Positions 38,698 to 47,638 of a stretch of DNA of 64,000 nt are shown in pieces (positions within the stretch are counted from its first letter, which is position 1; the number at the start of each line of letters is the position of its first letter). The notes under the pieces were generated by a model. The model searched no databases, was not told the DNA's origin, and saw only the letters and a program-made list of their open reading frames with translations. The stretch is from Terriglobia bacterium (GTDB lineage: Bacteria > Acidobacteriota > Terriglobia > JAIQFV01). Location of the stretch: positions 120,375 to 184,374 of the forward strand of contig JAIQFV010000007.1 of NCBI GenBank assembly GCA_020073085.1, in the 5' to 3' direction. The position numbers were made by a program, and so were the translations under genes.

Positions 38698-38725
38698 GGC
38701 CTGTGAGGTTCAATTCTCACCGGCC
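38698..38725. terminator. Hairpin between convergent genes (possible bidirectional terminator)
   Basis: GGCCTGTGAG (38698..38707) pairs with CTCACCGGCC (38716..38725) with one mismatch. The loop is GTTCAATT. There is no clear U-run. Confidence 0.35.
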
Positions 38726-38753
38726 GGCTAGCATTGGGGTCCTAAAGGTTCGG

Positions 38754-39782
38754 TCACTTGGCGGGTGAAGGCGCGGAGGTCTTTGACGCATTCTCAAGAA
38801 TACGTTTCGCGAAGTAATTTGTGATTTTCGCTTCGTCCCGAGTATCCTCGATGAAGGCATCCGTGAGCAGGCGATCCTTCTGCTCGAAGAGGTCATTTCG
38901 GACAGAGGTGGTCACCCGGGGATCCGACAAATCGTGTTGTCCTCCCTTTTCGATTTCGAACAGCTTGATGATCAGGTAACCCTGTTTTGTCCTGATCAAA
39001 TCGGAGGTTTCGCCCACCTTCAACGCCGTCATTGCGGCCTTGAATGCGGGATCGGTCTTCGCCAGGTCGGCATCGGACACAAAGGTAATCTGTCCGCCCG
39101 GGGAATTGGGCGTGGAGTCATCGGACCGCTGCTGAGCCACGGTGGTAAATTCCTCACCTGAACGGATGCGGCTGAGCACCGCTTGGGAAAGCTCTTTCAG
39201 CTTTCCTTCATCAGGCGCGTTCGCGATGAGGATGTGGGCAAAACGGTATCCCGGGGGAAAATTGAAGTTCGCTTTGTTCTTCTGATAGTAATCCGCGATT
39301 TGAGCATCGGTGATCGAAATCTTGGCGGTGATTTCCTTGTTCTTCAACTTATCGATGGTGATTTTCTTCTGCAAATCGTGCTTCAGCTCATCCATCGTGT
39401 AGTCCTGATCCTTCAGCGACTTTTGAAACTCCTCCTCGGTACTCCTGCTTTTGAGCTCGGTCAGGCGGTTTTCAACCTCGGTATCCGTGGCGTTCAACCC
39501 CAACTTGGCGGCCCGCTCCAGGAGGATCTGGTCATTGACCAGACTTGTCAGGATATTCAGTTTGAGACTGTTGATCTGATCTTCAGAGTATTGGACCGTC
39601 TGGCCTTTGATGCTCCGTTGATACACGCGATCGACTTCGTTCTCGCTGATTTCCTTTCCATTAACCGTGGCCAGCACTCCCCGGCCCGGACTGCTCTTTC
39701 GATTGCACGCAGGAATTAATATCATTAGGACAGCGACCAAGGCCGCCAAAATGAATTGCCACTTTAATCGATTCACAGGCAT
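38754..39782 (-). CDS. SurA-like peptidyl-prolyl isomerase / periplasmic chaperone (lipoprotein-type signal)
   Basis: Signal sequence with ...LMILIPAC, a SurA_N-like helical region, then a PpiC-type rotamase segment. The start is uncertain (39809, 39782 or 39776). Confidence 0.75.
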   Translation of the reverse strand: MPVNRLKWQFILAALVAVLMILIPACNRKSSPGRGVLATVNGKEISENEVDRVYQRSIKGQTVQYSEDQINSLKLNILTSLVNDQILLERAAKLGLNATDTEVENRLTELKSRSTEEEFQKSLKDQDYTMDELKHDLQKKITIDKLKNKEITAKISITDAQIADYYQKNKANFNFPPGYRFAHILIANAPDEGKLKELSQAVLSRIRSGEEFTTVAQQRSDDSTPNSPGGQITFVSDADLAKTDPAFKAAMTALKVGETSDLIRTKQGYLIIKLFEIEKGGQHDLSDPRVTTSVRNDLFEQKDRLLTDAFIEDTRDEAKITNYFAKRILENASKTSAPSPAK

Positions 39783-40118
39783 CTCCTTCGGAATTGAATC
39801 CCACACCACGATGGCGGCGTCTCATAACGCAAACAAACCTGCCGATGTTACCATGCGACATTCCATCCATAAAACAACTTTTTAGTCCGCAGTGGCTGGC
39901 CGGTCCGGTGATTGCCCGCTCCTGACGCAACGGTTAGCGGCAAGCACAAGCGAGTCTCCTGGGGGGAATCCAGATTCGAAGCGCCGCCGTGTCCGGGGAA
40001 TAACCCTCTGTCTCTTCAGAGCCAGCGGAACCCTTTCACGAAGCAGGGAACGAGAATTCTGGCCCTGTTTCGCAGGGGGCTTTTGCCCCTGTCTCCACTG
40101 AGGAATGCAAATTTCCGG

Positions 40119-40147
40119 TTGTCAAGGGACCTGCTTCTCGATATAAT
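40119..40147 (+). promoter_or_regulatory. Candidate sigma-70 promoter (TTGTCA-N17-TATAAT) for rpmB
   Basis: TTGTCA lies at 40119..40124 and TATAAT at 40142..40147. A GGAGG RBS precedes the ATG at 40183. Confidence 0.55.
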
Positions 40148-40182
40148 GGCGGGCTTTTGATGGTTCCTCGGAGGTTAGCTGT

Positions 40183-40374
40183 ATGGCCAGAGTTTGTGAT
40201 ATCTGCGGCAAGAAACCCGTGTCCGGGCATCGGGTCAGTCATGCCCACAATCTGACGAATCGACGGTGGTTGCCAAATCTGCACCGGGTCCACGCTGTTG
40301 TTAACGGGGCCCGTACCACGGTCCGGGCCTGCACCCGATGTATCCGCTCCAACCGTGTAGTCAAAGCAGCCTGA
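40183..40374 (+). CDS. rpmB: 50S ribosomal protein L28
   Basis: [33 protein letters not shown] is the canonical L28 N-terminus. Confidence 0.95.
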   Translation: MARVCDICGKKPVSGHRVSHAHNLTNRRWLPNLHRVHAVVNGARTTVRACTRCIRSNRVVKAA

Positions 40375-40553
40375 TTACATCCCGATTCTCCTGCCTCGTT
40401 TGAATCGGCTGCGACCCCGTCATTCTGAGAGTCAGCCTTGTCCCCCCTCAGTCAAGCAGGCGGGGATTCAATACCCGTTCAAGTCTTCATCCCACCCGGA
40501 CGAGCGCCTGTCACAGCTTCCCACCACACTGAAATCCAGGGTGCACCTCCCTG

Positions 40554-40931
40554 TCAGGCCAACGCAATGACATCAATCTCCACGCGCGCATCCTTGGGAA
40601 GGCGGGCCACTCCAACGGTTGAGCGAGCCGGTCGATTCTCCCTGAAAAACTTCCCGTAGACTTCATTCATCTTGGGAAACTCACCGATATCTGCCAGGAA
40701 AACGGTTGTCTTGATGACCTTATCCAGGCCGCTTCCCGCCGCTGCGAGGACCCCTTCCAGGTTTCGCAACACCCGTTCGGTCTGGGTGGAGATGTCCCCC
40801 TCGATCATCTGCTGCGTTTGGGGATCCAATGGAATTTGTCCGGAGGCGAAAACCATCCCGTTCACTTTTATGGCCTGGGAATAGGGGCCGATCGCCTGAG
40901 GAGCGTTCTTTGTTTGGATAACTTCTTTCAT
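40554..40931 (-). CDS. ridA: RidA family protein (YjgF/UK114 enamine/imine deaminase)
   Basis: GPYSQAIKVNGMVFASGQIPLDP...ARSTVGVARLPKDARVEIDVIA. Confidence 0.9.
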   Translation of the reverse strand: MKEVIQTKNAPQAIGPYSQAIKVNGMVFASGQIPLDPQTQQMIEGDISTQTERVLRNLEGVLAAAGSGLDKVIKTTVFLADIGEFPKMNEVYGKFFRENRPARSTVGVARLPKDARVEIDVIALA

Positions 40932-40993
40932 GCCCTGTCACTCCTTTGAAGGAAAATAGAATCCCTGAGAGGAAACCGCTTCAGCGTGCGGGA

Positions 40994-43186
40994 TCATCCG
41001 GAGGGCCGGTCGGAGGCGGCAAAACCGGGTTTCAGGATCCGTTCCACCTCAAAAACATTGTCAATCTTCTTCAGCGATCCAATCAGTTTCTCGAGATGGC
41101 GCTTGTCACTGATATCCAGGGTCACATCGATGGTGGCGTTCTGATCCGGATAGGTCCGGGCCTCGATGTTCCGAATATTGGATCTCGTATCGGAAATGAC
41201 GGAAGTGACTTCAGCCAGCAGGCCCTGTCGGTCTTCCCCGTGGATGGCCAGCCGGACGGTGTACGCTTCCTCGGCCGTCCCCCGCCACTCCACATCGATC
41301 TTCCGTTCCGCATCGTAGATCAGGTTCTGGACGTTCGGACAATTCTTGGCATGGACCGCAATTCCCTTCCCTCGCGTGATATATCCGACGATCTCTTCGC
41401 CGCGGATCGGATTGCAGCATCTCGCGCGATAGACCAGCAGGCCATCCACCCCCTTCACCTCAATTGAATCGGAGCTGGAAATCCCGAATACCTTCTTGAC
41501 CACGGAAGTGAGCTTGGAGTCTTTGACCGCGGTCTGTTCGTCAAAGGCACGGTTCGGGAGCAATTTCGCAAGCAGGTTCCGAGCCGAGATCTTTCCGAAC
41601 CCCATCCCCGAATAAAGGTCATCCACGGAGTGACATCCGTATTCCGCGGCAATGGGACCGATGTCGATTTCATCAATCGTCTTCTTGAGGTTCACGCTGA
41701 AATTGCGGGCCTCTTTTTCGAGAAGGCGCTTGCCGACGTCGATGGCCCGCTCGCGCTGCTGAACATTCAGCCAGTGGCGGATTTTGTTGCGCGCTTTGGA
41801 GGTCTTGACCCAGGAAAGCCAGTCCCGGCTCGGCATGTGTCCCGACTGAGTGAGGATTTCCACGATGTCTCCGTTGCGCAGCTTGTACCGCAACGGCACG
41901 ATCCGCCCATTGACCTTCGACTGGACGCACTGGTTTCCCACGTCGGTGTGGATCGCATAGGCGAAGTCGATGGGCGTGGCCTCGCGCGGGAGAATGACGA
42001 CCTTCCCTTTGGGGGTGAAGGTGTACACCTCCTCCGGGTAGAGATCGATTTTAAGGGTGGAGAGGAACTCGCCCGGATCCCGCATATCCTGCTGCCATTC
42101 CACCAGTTGACGCAGCCAGTTGATGCGCGAATCCTCGTCTTGATCTACCGTGCGCCCCTCTTTGTATTTCCAGTGGGCCGCAATTCCCATCTCCGCGATG
42201 CGATGCATCTCCTGCGTTCGAATCTGGACTTCGAAGGCCTGCCCGGTCGAACTGATGACCGAGGTGTGCAACGACTGATACAGGTTGGGCCGGGGCATGG
42301 CAATATAATCCTTGATCCGTCCCGGCACCGGCCGCCACGCGTTGTGAATGATACCGAGGGCGGCGTAACAGTTGCGAACGGAGTCGGTGATAATCCGGAC
42401 CGCCAGCAGATCGTAAACCTGATCCAACGTGATGCGTTGCCGCTTCATTTTTTGGTAGATACTGAAGATGCGTTTGATGCGGCCTTGCAGCTGAACGGGA
42501 ATGTCACTCTCCTTCATCTTCCCTGCCACCATCGATTGCACTTCCGCCAGAAACGCCTCATTCACCTTCCGTTTCTTCTCCACCTGATCTTTCAAATCCC
42601 CGTATATGCTGGGTTCGAGAAAGCAGAACGACAGGTCCTCCAACTCGCCGCGCATCTTCCCCATGCCCAGGCGATGGGCGATAGGACCATAGATTTCCAT
42701 CGTTTCCCGTGCGATACGCTCTTGTTTTTCCTGTGGAAGATGCTGCAAAGTGCGCATGTTGTGCAGACGGTCGGCGAGCTTGACCAGGATGACGCGGATG
42801 TCATCGACGATCGCGAGCATCATCTTCCGAAAATTCTCCGCCTGCCGTTCCTCGGCCGAGGTGAATTGGATCTTGCTCATCTTCGTGACCCCATCCACGA
42901 TGTGAGCCACCTCGGGGCCAAACTTCTCCTCGACGACCTTAAGAGGGGTCCCTGTATCCTCGACGATGTCGTGAAGCAGCCCGACACAAACGCTCTTGGG
43001 GTCCAGTTTCATCTCCGCAAGGATGGCGGCCACCGCCAGGGGGTGGGAAAGATAGGGGTCTCCTGAGGACCGCTTCTGGCCCTGATGCTGCGCGGCGGCA
43101 AACTCATAGGCCTTTTGAAGCAGGGAAAGGTCGTCGCCGGGACGATACTCCCGAACCTTGCCCAGAATGTCGTCGAAGGATGTCAT
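40994..43186 (-). CDS. rel: Bifunctional (p)ppGpp synthetase/hydrolase (RelA/SpoT homolog)
   Basis: HD hydrolase motif (HPLAVA...HDIVEDT), a synthetase domain, and TGS and ACT C-terminal domains. 730 aa. Confidence 0.95.
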   Translation of the reverse strand: MTSFDDILGKVREYRPGDDLSLLQKAYEFAAAQHQGQKRSSGDPYLSHPLAVAAILAEMKLDPKSVCVGLLHDIVEDTGTPLKVVEEKFGPEVAHIVDGVTKMSKIQFTSAEERQAENFRKMMLAIVDDIRVILVKLADRLHNMRTLQHLPQEKQERIARETMEIYGPIAHRLGMGKMRGELEDLSFCFLEPSIYGDLKDQVEKKRKVNEAFLAEVQSMVAGKMKESDIPVQLQGRIKRIFSIYQKMKRQRITLDQVYDLLAVRIITDSVRNCYAALGIIHNAWRPVPGRIKDYIAMPRPNLYQSLHTSVISSTGQAFEVQIRTQEMHRIAEMGIAAHWKYKEGRTVDQDEDSRINWLRQLVEWQQDMRDPGEFLSTLKIDLYPEEVYTFTPKGKVVILPREATPIDFAYAIHTDVGNQCVQSKVNGRIVPLRYKLRNGDIVEILTQSGHMPSRDWLSWVKTSKARNKIRHWLNVQQRERAIDVGKRLLEKEARNFSVNLKKTIDEIDIGPIAAEYGCHSVDDLYSGMGFGKISARNLLAKLLPNRAFDEQTAVKDSKLTSVVKKVFGISSSDSIEVKGVDGLLVYRARCCNPIRGEEIVGYITRGKGIAVHAKNCPNVQNLIYDAERKIDVEWRGTAEEAYTVRLAIHGEDRQGLLAEVTSVISDTRSNIRNIEARTYPDQNATIDVTLDISDKRHLEKLIGSLKKIDNVFEVERILKPGFAASDRPSG

Positions 43187-43192
43187 CTGTGA

Positions 43193-43198
43193 ATTATA
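43193..43198 (-). promoter_or_regulatory. Candidate -10 hexamer TATAAT located 6 nt upstream of the rel ATG
   Basis: The minus strand reads cgTATAATtcacagATG. No Shine-Dalgarno sequence is visible. Confidence 0.35.
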
Positions 43199-43455
43199 CG
43201 CAGTTTATCGAAGAAATTCCAAAATGCAAATACTTGGACCAAAATCCAATCGTCAAAATCCAAATTTCAAACAAAACCCTAATTCCAAAAGCCAAAGACA
43301 CAGAGAAGAGCGGATAAACGCACTAGTTGGACTGCAACAACGTTTGGTTTCCTTCAATCACACTTCGATGGCGCGAAGGCAAGTGCTCCATAACCCGGAG
43401 GATCTGGTTCTCGGCCTCCGTCTGAAATCATGTTCCTGCTTGGAAATTGTCCGAT

Positions 43456-43496
43456 AAAAAAAGCCCCGGTCCACTGCTCATGCTGTGGACCAGGGC
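43456..43496 (-). terminator. Rho-independent terminator downstream of the TPR lipoprotein gene
   Basis: A 12-bp stem (43463..43474 pairs with 43485..43496, one G-U pair) is followed on the minus strand by a 7-U run (43456..43462). Confidence 0.8.
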
Positions 43497-43520
43497 TCTC
43501 TTAAGTGCCGGGGTGTCTGA

Positions 43521-44324
43521 TTACTGTGCGGGTTGTGCGGGTGCTGTCTGCTGTTCTTTCTTGAACTTGATGTCCTTGGCTTTCTGAAACCATTTGTCGG
43601 CTTCATTCAAATCCGTTTCGCGTGCCGTCGCATCCGATTCCATGTCTGCTTTCTGCCGGTAGAGCAAGTTCAAATAGGCCATCGCGTCGTCGTATTCCGG
43701 ATTGATTTCCACGGCCTTTCTCAGTGCGGCGAGCCCATCATCCACCGCCGCTCCAAATTGCTCCCGGAAGGGATCGCGCTCCTTCGGGGGCAAGGGTTCT
43801 TTCGCAGGCAGGTTATTCAGCCGATTAACGCGGGCCTCCAGGTTTGCCTTATAAGTTAAGGTCCAGTCGACCACCCCGATTGAGTAGTAGGGTTCGGCAT
43901 TGCCGGGCTCGATTTCAGTCCGCTTCTTGTACCACTTCTTGGCCTCGTCAAACTTCCCCATATTGAAATAGATTGAGGCGATTCCGGCGATACTGCTGCC
44001 GTTCTGGGGGTCAGAGTTCAGCACCTCCTGAAAGGCTTTGATGGCCTCTTCGCCCGTCCGTTTATTCTCTTCCGACTCCACCCCGGGGACATACTGCGTG
44101 GCATAGGCCGTGGCGAGATAAAGCTTTGCGTTGGTCAAAGAGGGATCCAGCGCGACCGCCTCCTTGAAAAAATCGACCGCCGCCTGGTATCTCTGATCAC
44201 GATAAGCCCGGACACCCTTGTTCAGTCGATCGCGGGCCTTGAGCCGACTGCAGGCCATGGACCCGAACATGAGGGCAATAATTCCCAATAAGATTGCAGT
44301 TTTCTTCCAATTCCGAGAATTCAT
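43521..44324 (-). CDS. TPR-repeat lipoprotein
   Basis: Lipobox-like LMFGSMAC after the ATG at 44324. Multiple TPR repeats. It is the last gene of the tonB-exbBD cluster. Confidence 0.7.
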   Translation of the reverse strand: MNSRNWKKTAILLGIIALMFGSMACSRLKARDRLNKGVRAYRDQRYQAAVDFFKEAVALDPSLTNAKLYLATAYATQYVPGVESEENKRTGEEAIKAFQEVLNSDPQNGSSIAGIASIYFNMGKFDEAKKWYKKRTEIEPGNAEPYYSIGVVDWTLTYKANLEARVNRLNNLPAKEPLPPKERDPFREQFGAAVDDGLAALRKAVEINPEYDDAMAYLNLLYRQKADMESDATARETDLNEADKWFQKAKDIKFKKEQQTAPAQPAQ

Positions 44325-44451
44325 CCGACTGCCTCCGGTGTATGAATGGTTAGCCTTCAAAGAGGGCCGCATGGGCATTGATTTCGCCCTTCTGAACAGG
44401 AAGGTACAGGAGATTGGGAAGCACAAAAAATTGCACCTTCTTCCCTTTCTG

Positions 44452-44880
44452 CTACTGCCCCATCTGGATCTTCTCAGTGATCAACCCGATTTTGTCGACG
44501 CCCGCCCCCTTGGCGATATCAATGATGCGGATGATCTTGTCGAACAAGGTTGCGTCGTCGCCTTTGACAAACATGACGCGCTCACTGCGGGTCTTGAAAA
44601 TATCATCCAGCCGGGGACCCAGCGTATCCCAGGTCGTGGGCTCCTGATTGATTTTCAGCAACCCATCCTTGTCGATGACCACAATAATAGTCCGGATGTC
44701 CTTGGGATCCGCCGCGGGCTGGTCCTTCTTCGGCGGCTGGGGCACTAGCGCGTCTAACCCTTTCGAGATGATCGGCGTGATCACGAGAAAGATGATGATC
44801 AGGACCAGCAGAATGTCGATCATCGGCGTCATGTTGATATCCGACTTCGGGCCGTGGCCCGTTCCAACTCCCATTGCCAT
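44452..44880 (-). CDS. exbD: ExbD/TolR biopolymer transport protein
   Basis: INMTPMIDILLVLIIIFLV TM motif and an ExbD C-domain. Confidence 0.9.
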   Translation of the reverse strand: MAMGVGTGHGPKSDINMTPMIDILLVLIIIFLVITPIISKGLDALVPQPPKKDQPAADPKDIRTIIVVIDKDGLLKINQEPTTWDTLGPRLDDIFKTRSERVMFVKGDDATLFDKIIRIIDIAKGAGVDKIGLITEKIQMGQ

Positions 44881-45141
44881 GGCGTTTCCTCCAGCAAAAA
44901 TAAGTTCTGGTGGGCACCAAAGTCAGTGCATCTACTTGAACTGATCCCACTGACTGCCGGATGAGCCCTTTAACCTCTCCGGCATGCCCCCCTCATCAGC
45001 TCAGTCTATCGGGAGGCCCTTAATTCAACCTTGAGCGCTCACCTCATTGATTATTACGGTCTCAAAGCTGTCCCTGACTGCTTTAGGATAACCTGAAAGA
45101 GGGACCGCGCCGTAACAGCAAAAAAACGATCATCCTGCCCT

Positions 45142-45603
45142 TCACTGACCTCCGGAAGGTGGTTTACTCTTTCTCTCTTCTTCCTTCTCCGTTATCAATC
45201 CCAGCGAATCGACACCCGCCGCACGCACTTCATCGACGACGGCAGCCACATCTCCATACTTTGCGCGGCGGTCGCTCTTCACATAAACGGTCTTGTCGCC
45301 CGCTTTTCGCTCGAGCAGGTCTTTGACTTTCTGCGTGATGGCATCTTTCTTGACCTCATCCGAGCCCAGGAAATAACGCCCGTCGCGCTGGACCGCGATG
45401 AGAATGGCGTCGTCCTTGTCGCCCTCCTTCATTTCGCGGGGATTCTTGGCCTTTGCTAAATCGACCGACACGCCGTGTTGCAACATGGGCGTCACCACCA
45501 TGAAGATGATCAGCAGCACGAGCATGATGTCAACCATCGGGGTGACGTTGATATCGCTCTTGACCGAGCTCTCCCTTGTTTCTGCACCACCCAGGAAAGG
45601 CAT
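45142..45603 (-). CDS. exbD: ExbD/TolR biopolymer transport protein (second paralog)
   Basis: INVTPMVDIMLVLLIIFMV motif. The start is set at ATG 45603. Confidence 0.9.
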   Translation of the reverse strand: MPFLGGAETRESSVKSDINVTPMVDIMLVLLIIFMVVTPMLQHGVSVDLAKAKNPREMKEGDKDDAILIAVQRDGRYFLGSDEVKKDAITQKVKDLLERKAGDKTVYVKSDRRAKYGDVAAVVDEVRAAGVDSLGLITEKEEERKSKPPSGGQ

Positions 45604-45663
45604 AGTTAACCTCCTCAAAAAGATGTCAATTCAAAGCCTATGCTGCATCATCTTCCGAGAGGC

Positions 45664-46395
45664 CTAATGCTTCCCGCCGCGACGCTTCAGGAAAAAGTCA
45701 ACGAGTTCGGATGAGGAATTGTCCATCTCAACCGCGAAGGCTTCCACCTTGCCAGTGAAGTAATTGAAGGCCATTACGGCCGGAATCGCAACCAGCAGAC
45801 CGAATGCGGTGGTCACGAGGGCTTCGGAAATTCCTCCGGCGACTGCCGACAGACCCGTTGCCTTTTCCGTCGAAATCCCCTTGAAGGCGTTGATGATGCC
45901 GACGACCGTTCCGAACAAGCCGACGAAGGGAGAGACCGAACCGATGGTCGCCAGGCCGGACAGTCCACGCTTCAACTCCGCATTCACAATGGCGGCCGAG
46001 CGCTGGAGGGCCCGCTTTGACGCATCAATTTCCTCTCCCGGGATTTCTGTACTGGCCTGATGGGCCTCGAATTCCTGCAACCCGGTAATGAGCACCTTGG
46101 CCAGGTGGCTCTTCTTGTTCTGCTCGCAGACACTGATCGCCTCTTCGATTTTGCCTTCCTTCAGACAGCCTGCCACGGCCGGCGCAAAATCACGCGACTG
46201 CTTGCGCGCCGAGGAATACGTAAACCAGCGGTCAATCATTACCCCAATCGACCATGCCGACATGATAAAGAGGATCACAACGACGGCCTTTGCGGGAACC
46301 CCCATCTGCTTCCACATACTGACCAGATCAAAGCCTACCTCACCCTGCATGAGCAGGAGCGCTAACAGATTAAGTTTGGAAAAGACGAAAAGCAT
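45664..46395 (-). CDS. exbB: MotA/TolQ/ExbB proton channel protein
   Basis: Three TM helices and SPFVGLFGTVVGIINAF...GGISEALVTTAFGL. Confidence 0.9.
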   Translation of the reverse strand: MLFVFSKLNLLALLLMQGEVGFDLVSMWKQMGVPAKAVVVILFIMSAWSIGVMIDRWFTYSSARKQSRDFAPAVAGCLKEGKIEEAISVCEQNKKSHLAKVLITGLQEFEAHQASTEIPGEEIDASKRALQRSAAIVNAELKRGLSGLATIGSVSPFVGLFGTVVGIINAFKGISTEKATGLSAVAGGISEALVTTAFGLLVAIPAVMAFNYFTGKVEAFAVEMDNSSSELVDFFLKRRGGKH

Positions 46396-46504
46396 AAATT
46401 AACCTTCCTCCTAAAGATGTTGAGAACGATTGGTTGTTGGCGCCGGCTCCGCGCATTGCCCTAGTATGGGTCCCGATGCGCCGGGCCGGCAACGATTTCT
46501 TTTT

Positions 46505-47263
46505 CTAACCACCGGTCAGGGAGAAATTCACAGTAATCGTCGTGATGACCTCGACCGGCTCTCCATTCAACAGGGTGGGTCGGTACCGCCACTGTTTGAC
46601 GGCATCCAAGGCCGACTGAACCAGCAAGGGGTGTCCCTGGATCACAGTCAAATTCTCGACCGTCCCCTGCTTGGAGATGACGGCTTCCAAGACCACTGAT
46701 CCCTGGATGCGGGCCGATTTCGCCAGCGGGGGATAAGCCGGCCTCGGCGAAGAAATCAAATTCGCCTGCTGGACATTTCCACCTACCCGAATCCGCTGCA
46801 CCGGCTTGGGAGCCTCGATCCTGGGAGGCGGCGGGGGAGGGGCTGCGGCGCTCTTGGAGATCAATCCTCCGATCACGCCTCCAACCGAACCGCCAACCAT
46901 ACCTCCTTCAACACCCCCGACTACACCGCCCGTGGACGGCGGGGGCGGGGCATCTTCCATGATTTTTGCAATTTCTTTTGGAATTTCTTTTGGCGTCTGA
47001 AGCTGTCCCTCAACAATCTGGGAAACGACCTTCTGCACCTTCACCATCGTGGCAGCCGGTGGTGGCGGTGGCGGTGGTGGCGGCGGTGGGGCCGTCAACA
47101 GGAAGGTCAGCAGTTGTTGTTTAGGGAGCGCTTCGGTGTAAATCAGTGGGATCAGGATCAAGATCGCAATCACCACTGTGTGGATAACCATCGACAGGAC
47201 AACCGTAACAGGTTTTTTCGTCGCCTCAGCGGTCCCTCCCGATTCGACGAGATGCTCAAACAT
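46505..47263 (-). CDS. tonB: TonB family energy transducer
   Basis: N-terminal TM helix, a poly-Pro spacer and a TonB_C domain (ARIQGSVVLEAVISKQGTVENLTVIQG...NGEPVEV). Confidence 0.9.
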   Translation of the reverse strand: MFEHLVESGGTAEATKKPVTVVLSMVIHTVVIAILILIPLIYTEALPKQQLLTFLLTAPPPPPPPPPPPAATMVKVQKVVSQIVEGQLQTPKEIPKEIAKIMEDAPPPPSTGGVVGGVEGGMVGGSVGGVIGGLISKSAAAPPPPPPRIEAPKPVQRIRVGGNVQQANLISSPRPAYPPLAKSARIQGSVVLEAVISKQGTVENLTVIQGHPLLVQSALDAVKQWRYRPTLLNGEPVEVITTITVNFSLTGG

Positions 47264-47423
47264 GCGCTCTCCCTCCCTTCAAATCAAAAAATACACGCAA
47301 AAAAATGTGTCAATCCAAAAAAGTTCAAAAACAGCGCCCGCCTCGGGCCTGACGACGGGAGATGCATCGAACGGCGAAACCTATGATTACACGCGTACCG
47401 AGTCTCTTCTAAACCTTGGAAAA

Positions 47424-47509
47424 CAAATCGTATGGGTATACTTCGAGGAAACCTGGCTTCGCGAATGAATAAGATGCTGGAACTACGCCCTCAGATTTCA
47501 AATCGTATG
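47424..47509. repeat. Direct repeat CAAATCGTATG (two copies, 75 nt apart) upstream of tonB
   Basis: Identical 11-mers occur at 47424..47434 and 47499..47509, in the 375-nt secF-tonB intergenic region. Confidence 0.6.
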
Positions 47510-47638
47510 CCTTTCAATTTGGCTTGTCAATCGTGTTCTCCACCGGTCGGGCAGCCACTCCGACCTGATCCTTTTCGCCCCCTCCGGCCCTCTCGGCTCC
47601 TCCCGAAGGGAGATGCCTATGGGGCGCTCATTCCCGAA

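Noticed and set aside
38698-38725. A GGTTCAATTCTC segment resembling a tRNA T-arm.
   Set aside because: The loop is 8 nt rather than 7. No acceptor, D or anticodon arms can be drawn around it. It is better explained as the hairpin between the convergent HNH and SurA-like genes.
41630-43066. A 478-aa ORF on the plus strand, antisense to rel. Similar long antisense ORFs occur at 6177..7199, 9007..9813, 14048..14932, 15487..16254, 26959..27711, 27937..28701 and 59090..59917.
   Set aside because: Each lies opposite a gene with unmistakable family motifs. Their translations are Arg/Gly/Pro-rich low-complexity sequence with no recognisable motifs. Long shadow ORFs of this kind are expected in GC-rich coding DNA.
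47040-47100. A GGTGGY repeat tract that looks like a microsatellite.
   Set aside because: It encodes the poly-proline spacer of TonB on the minus strand. That spacer is a normal feature of this protein.
47268-47290. A CTTCAAAT match to a tRNA-Sec anticodon loop, found while looking for selC. Other TCA-loop candidates were checked in the intergenic regions.
   Set aside because: No flanking stems compatible with an anticodon arm, an 8-bp acceptor or a long variable arm could be drawn. I found no tRNA of any kind in the window.
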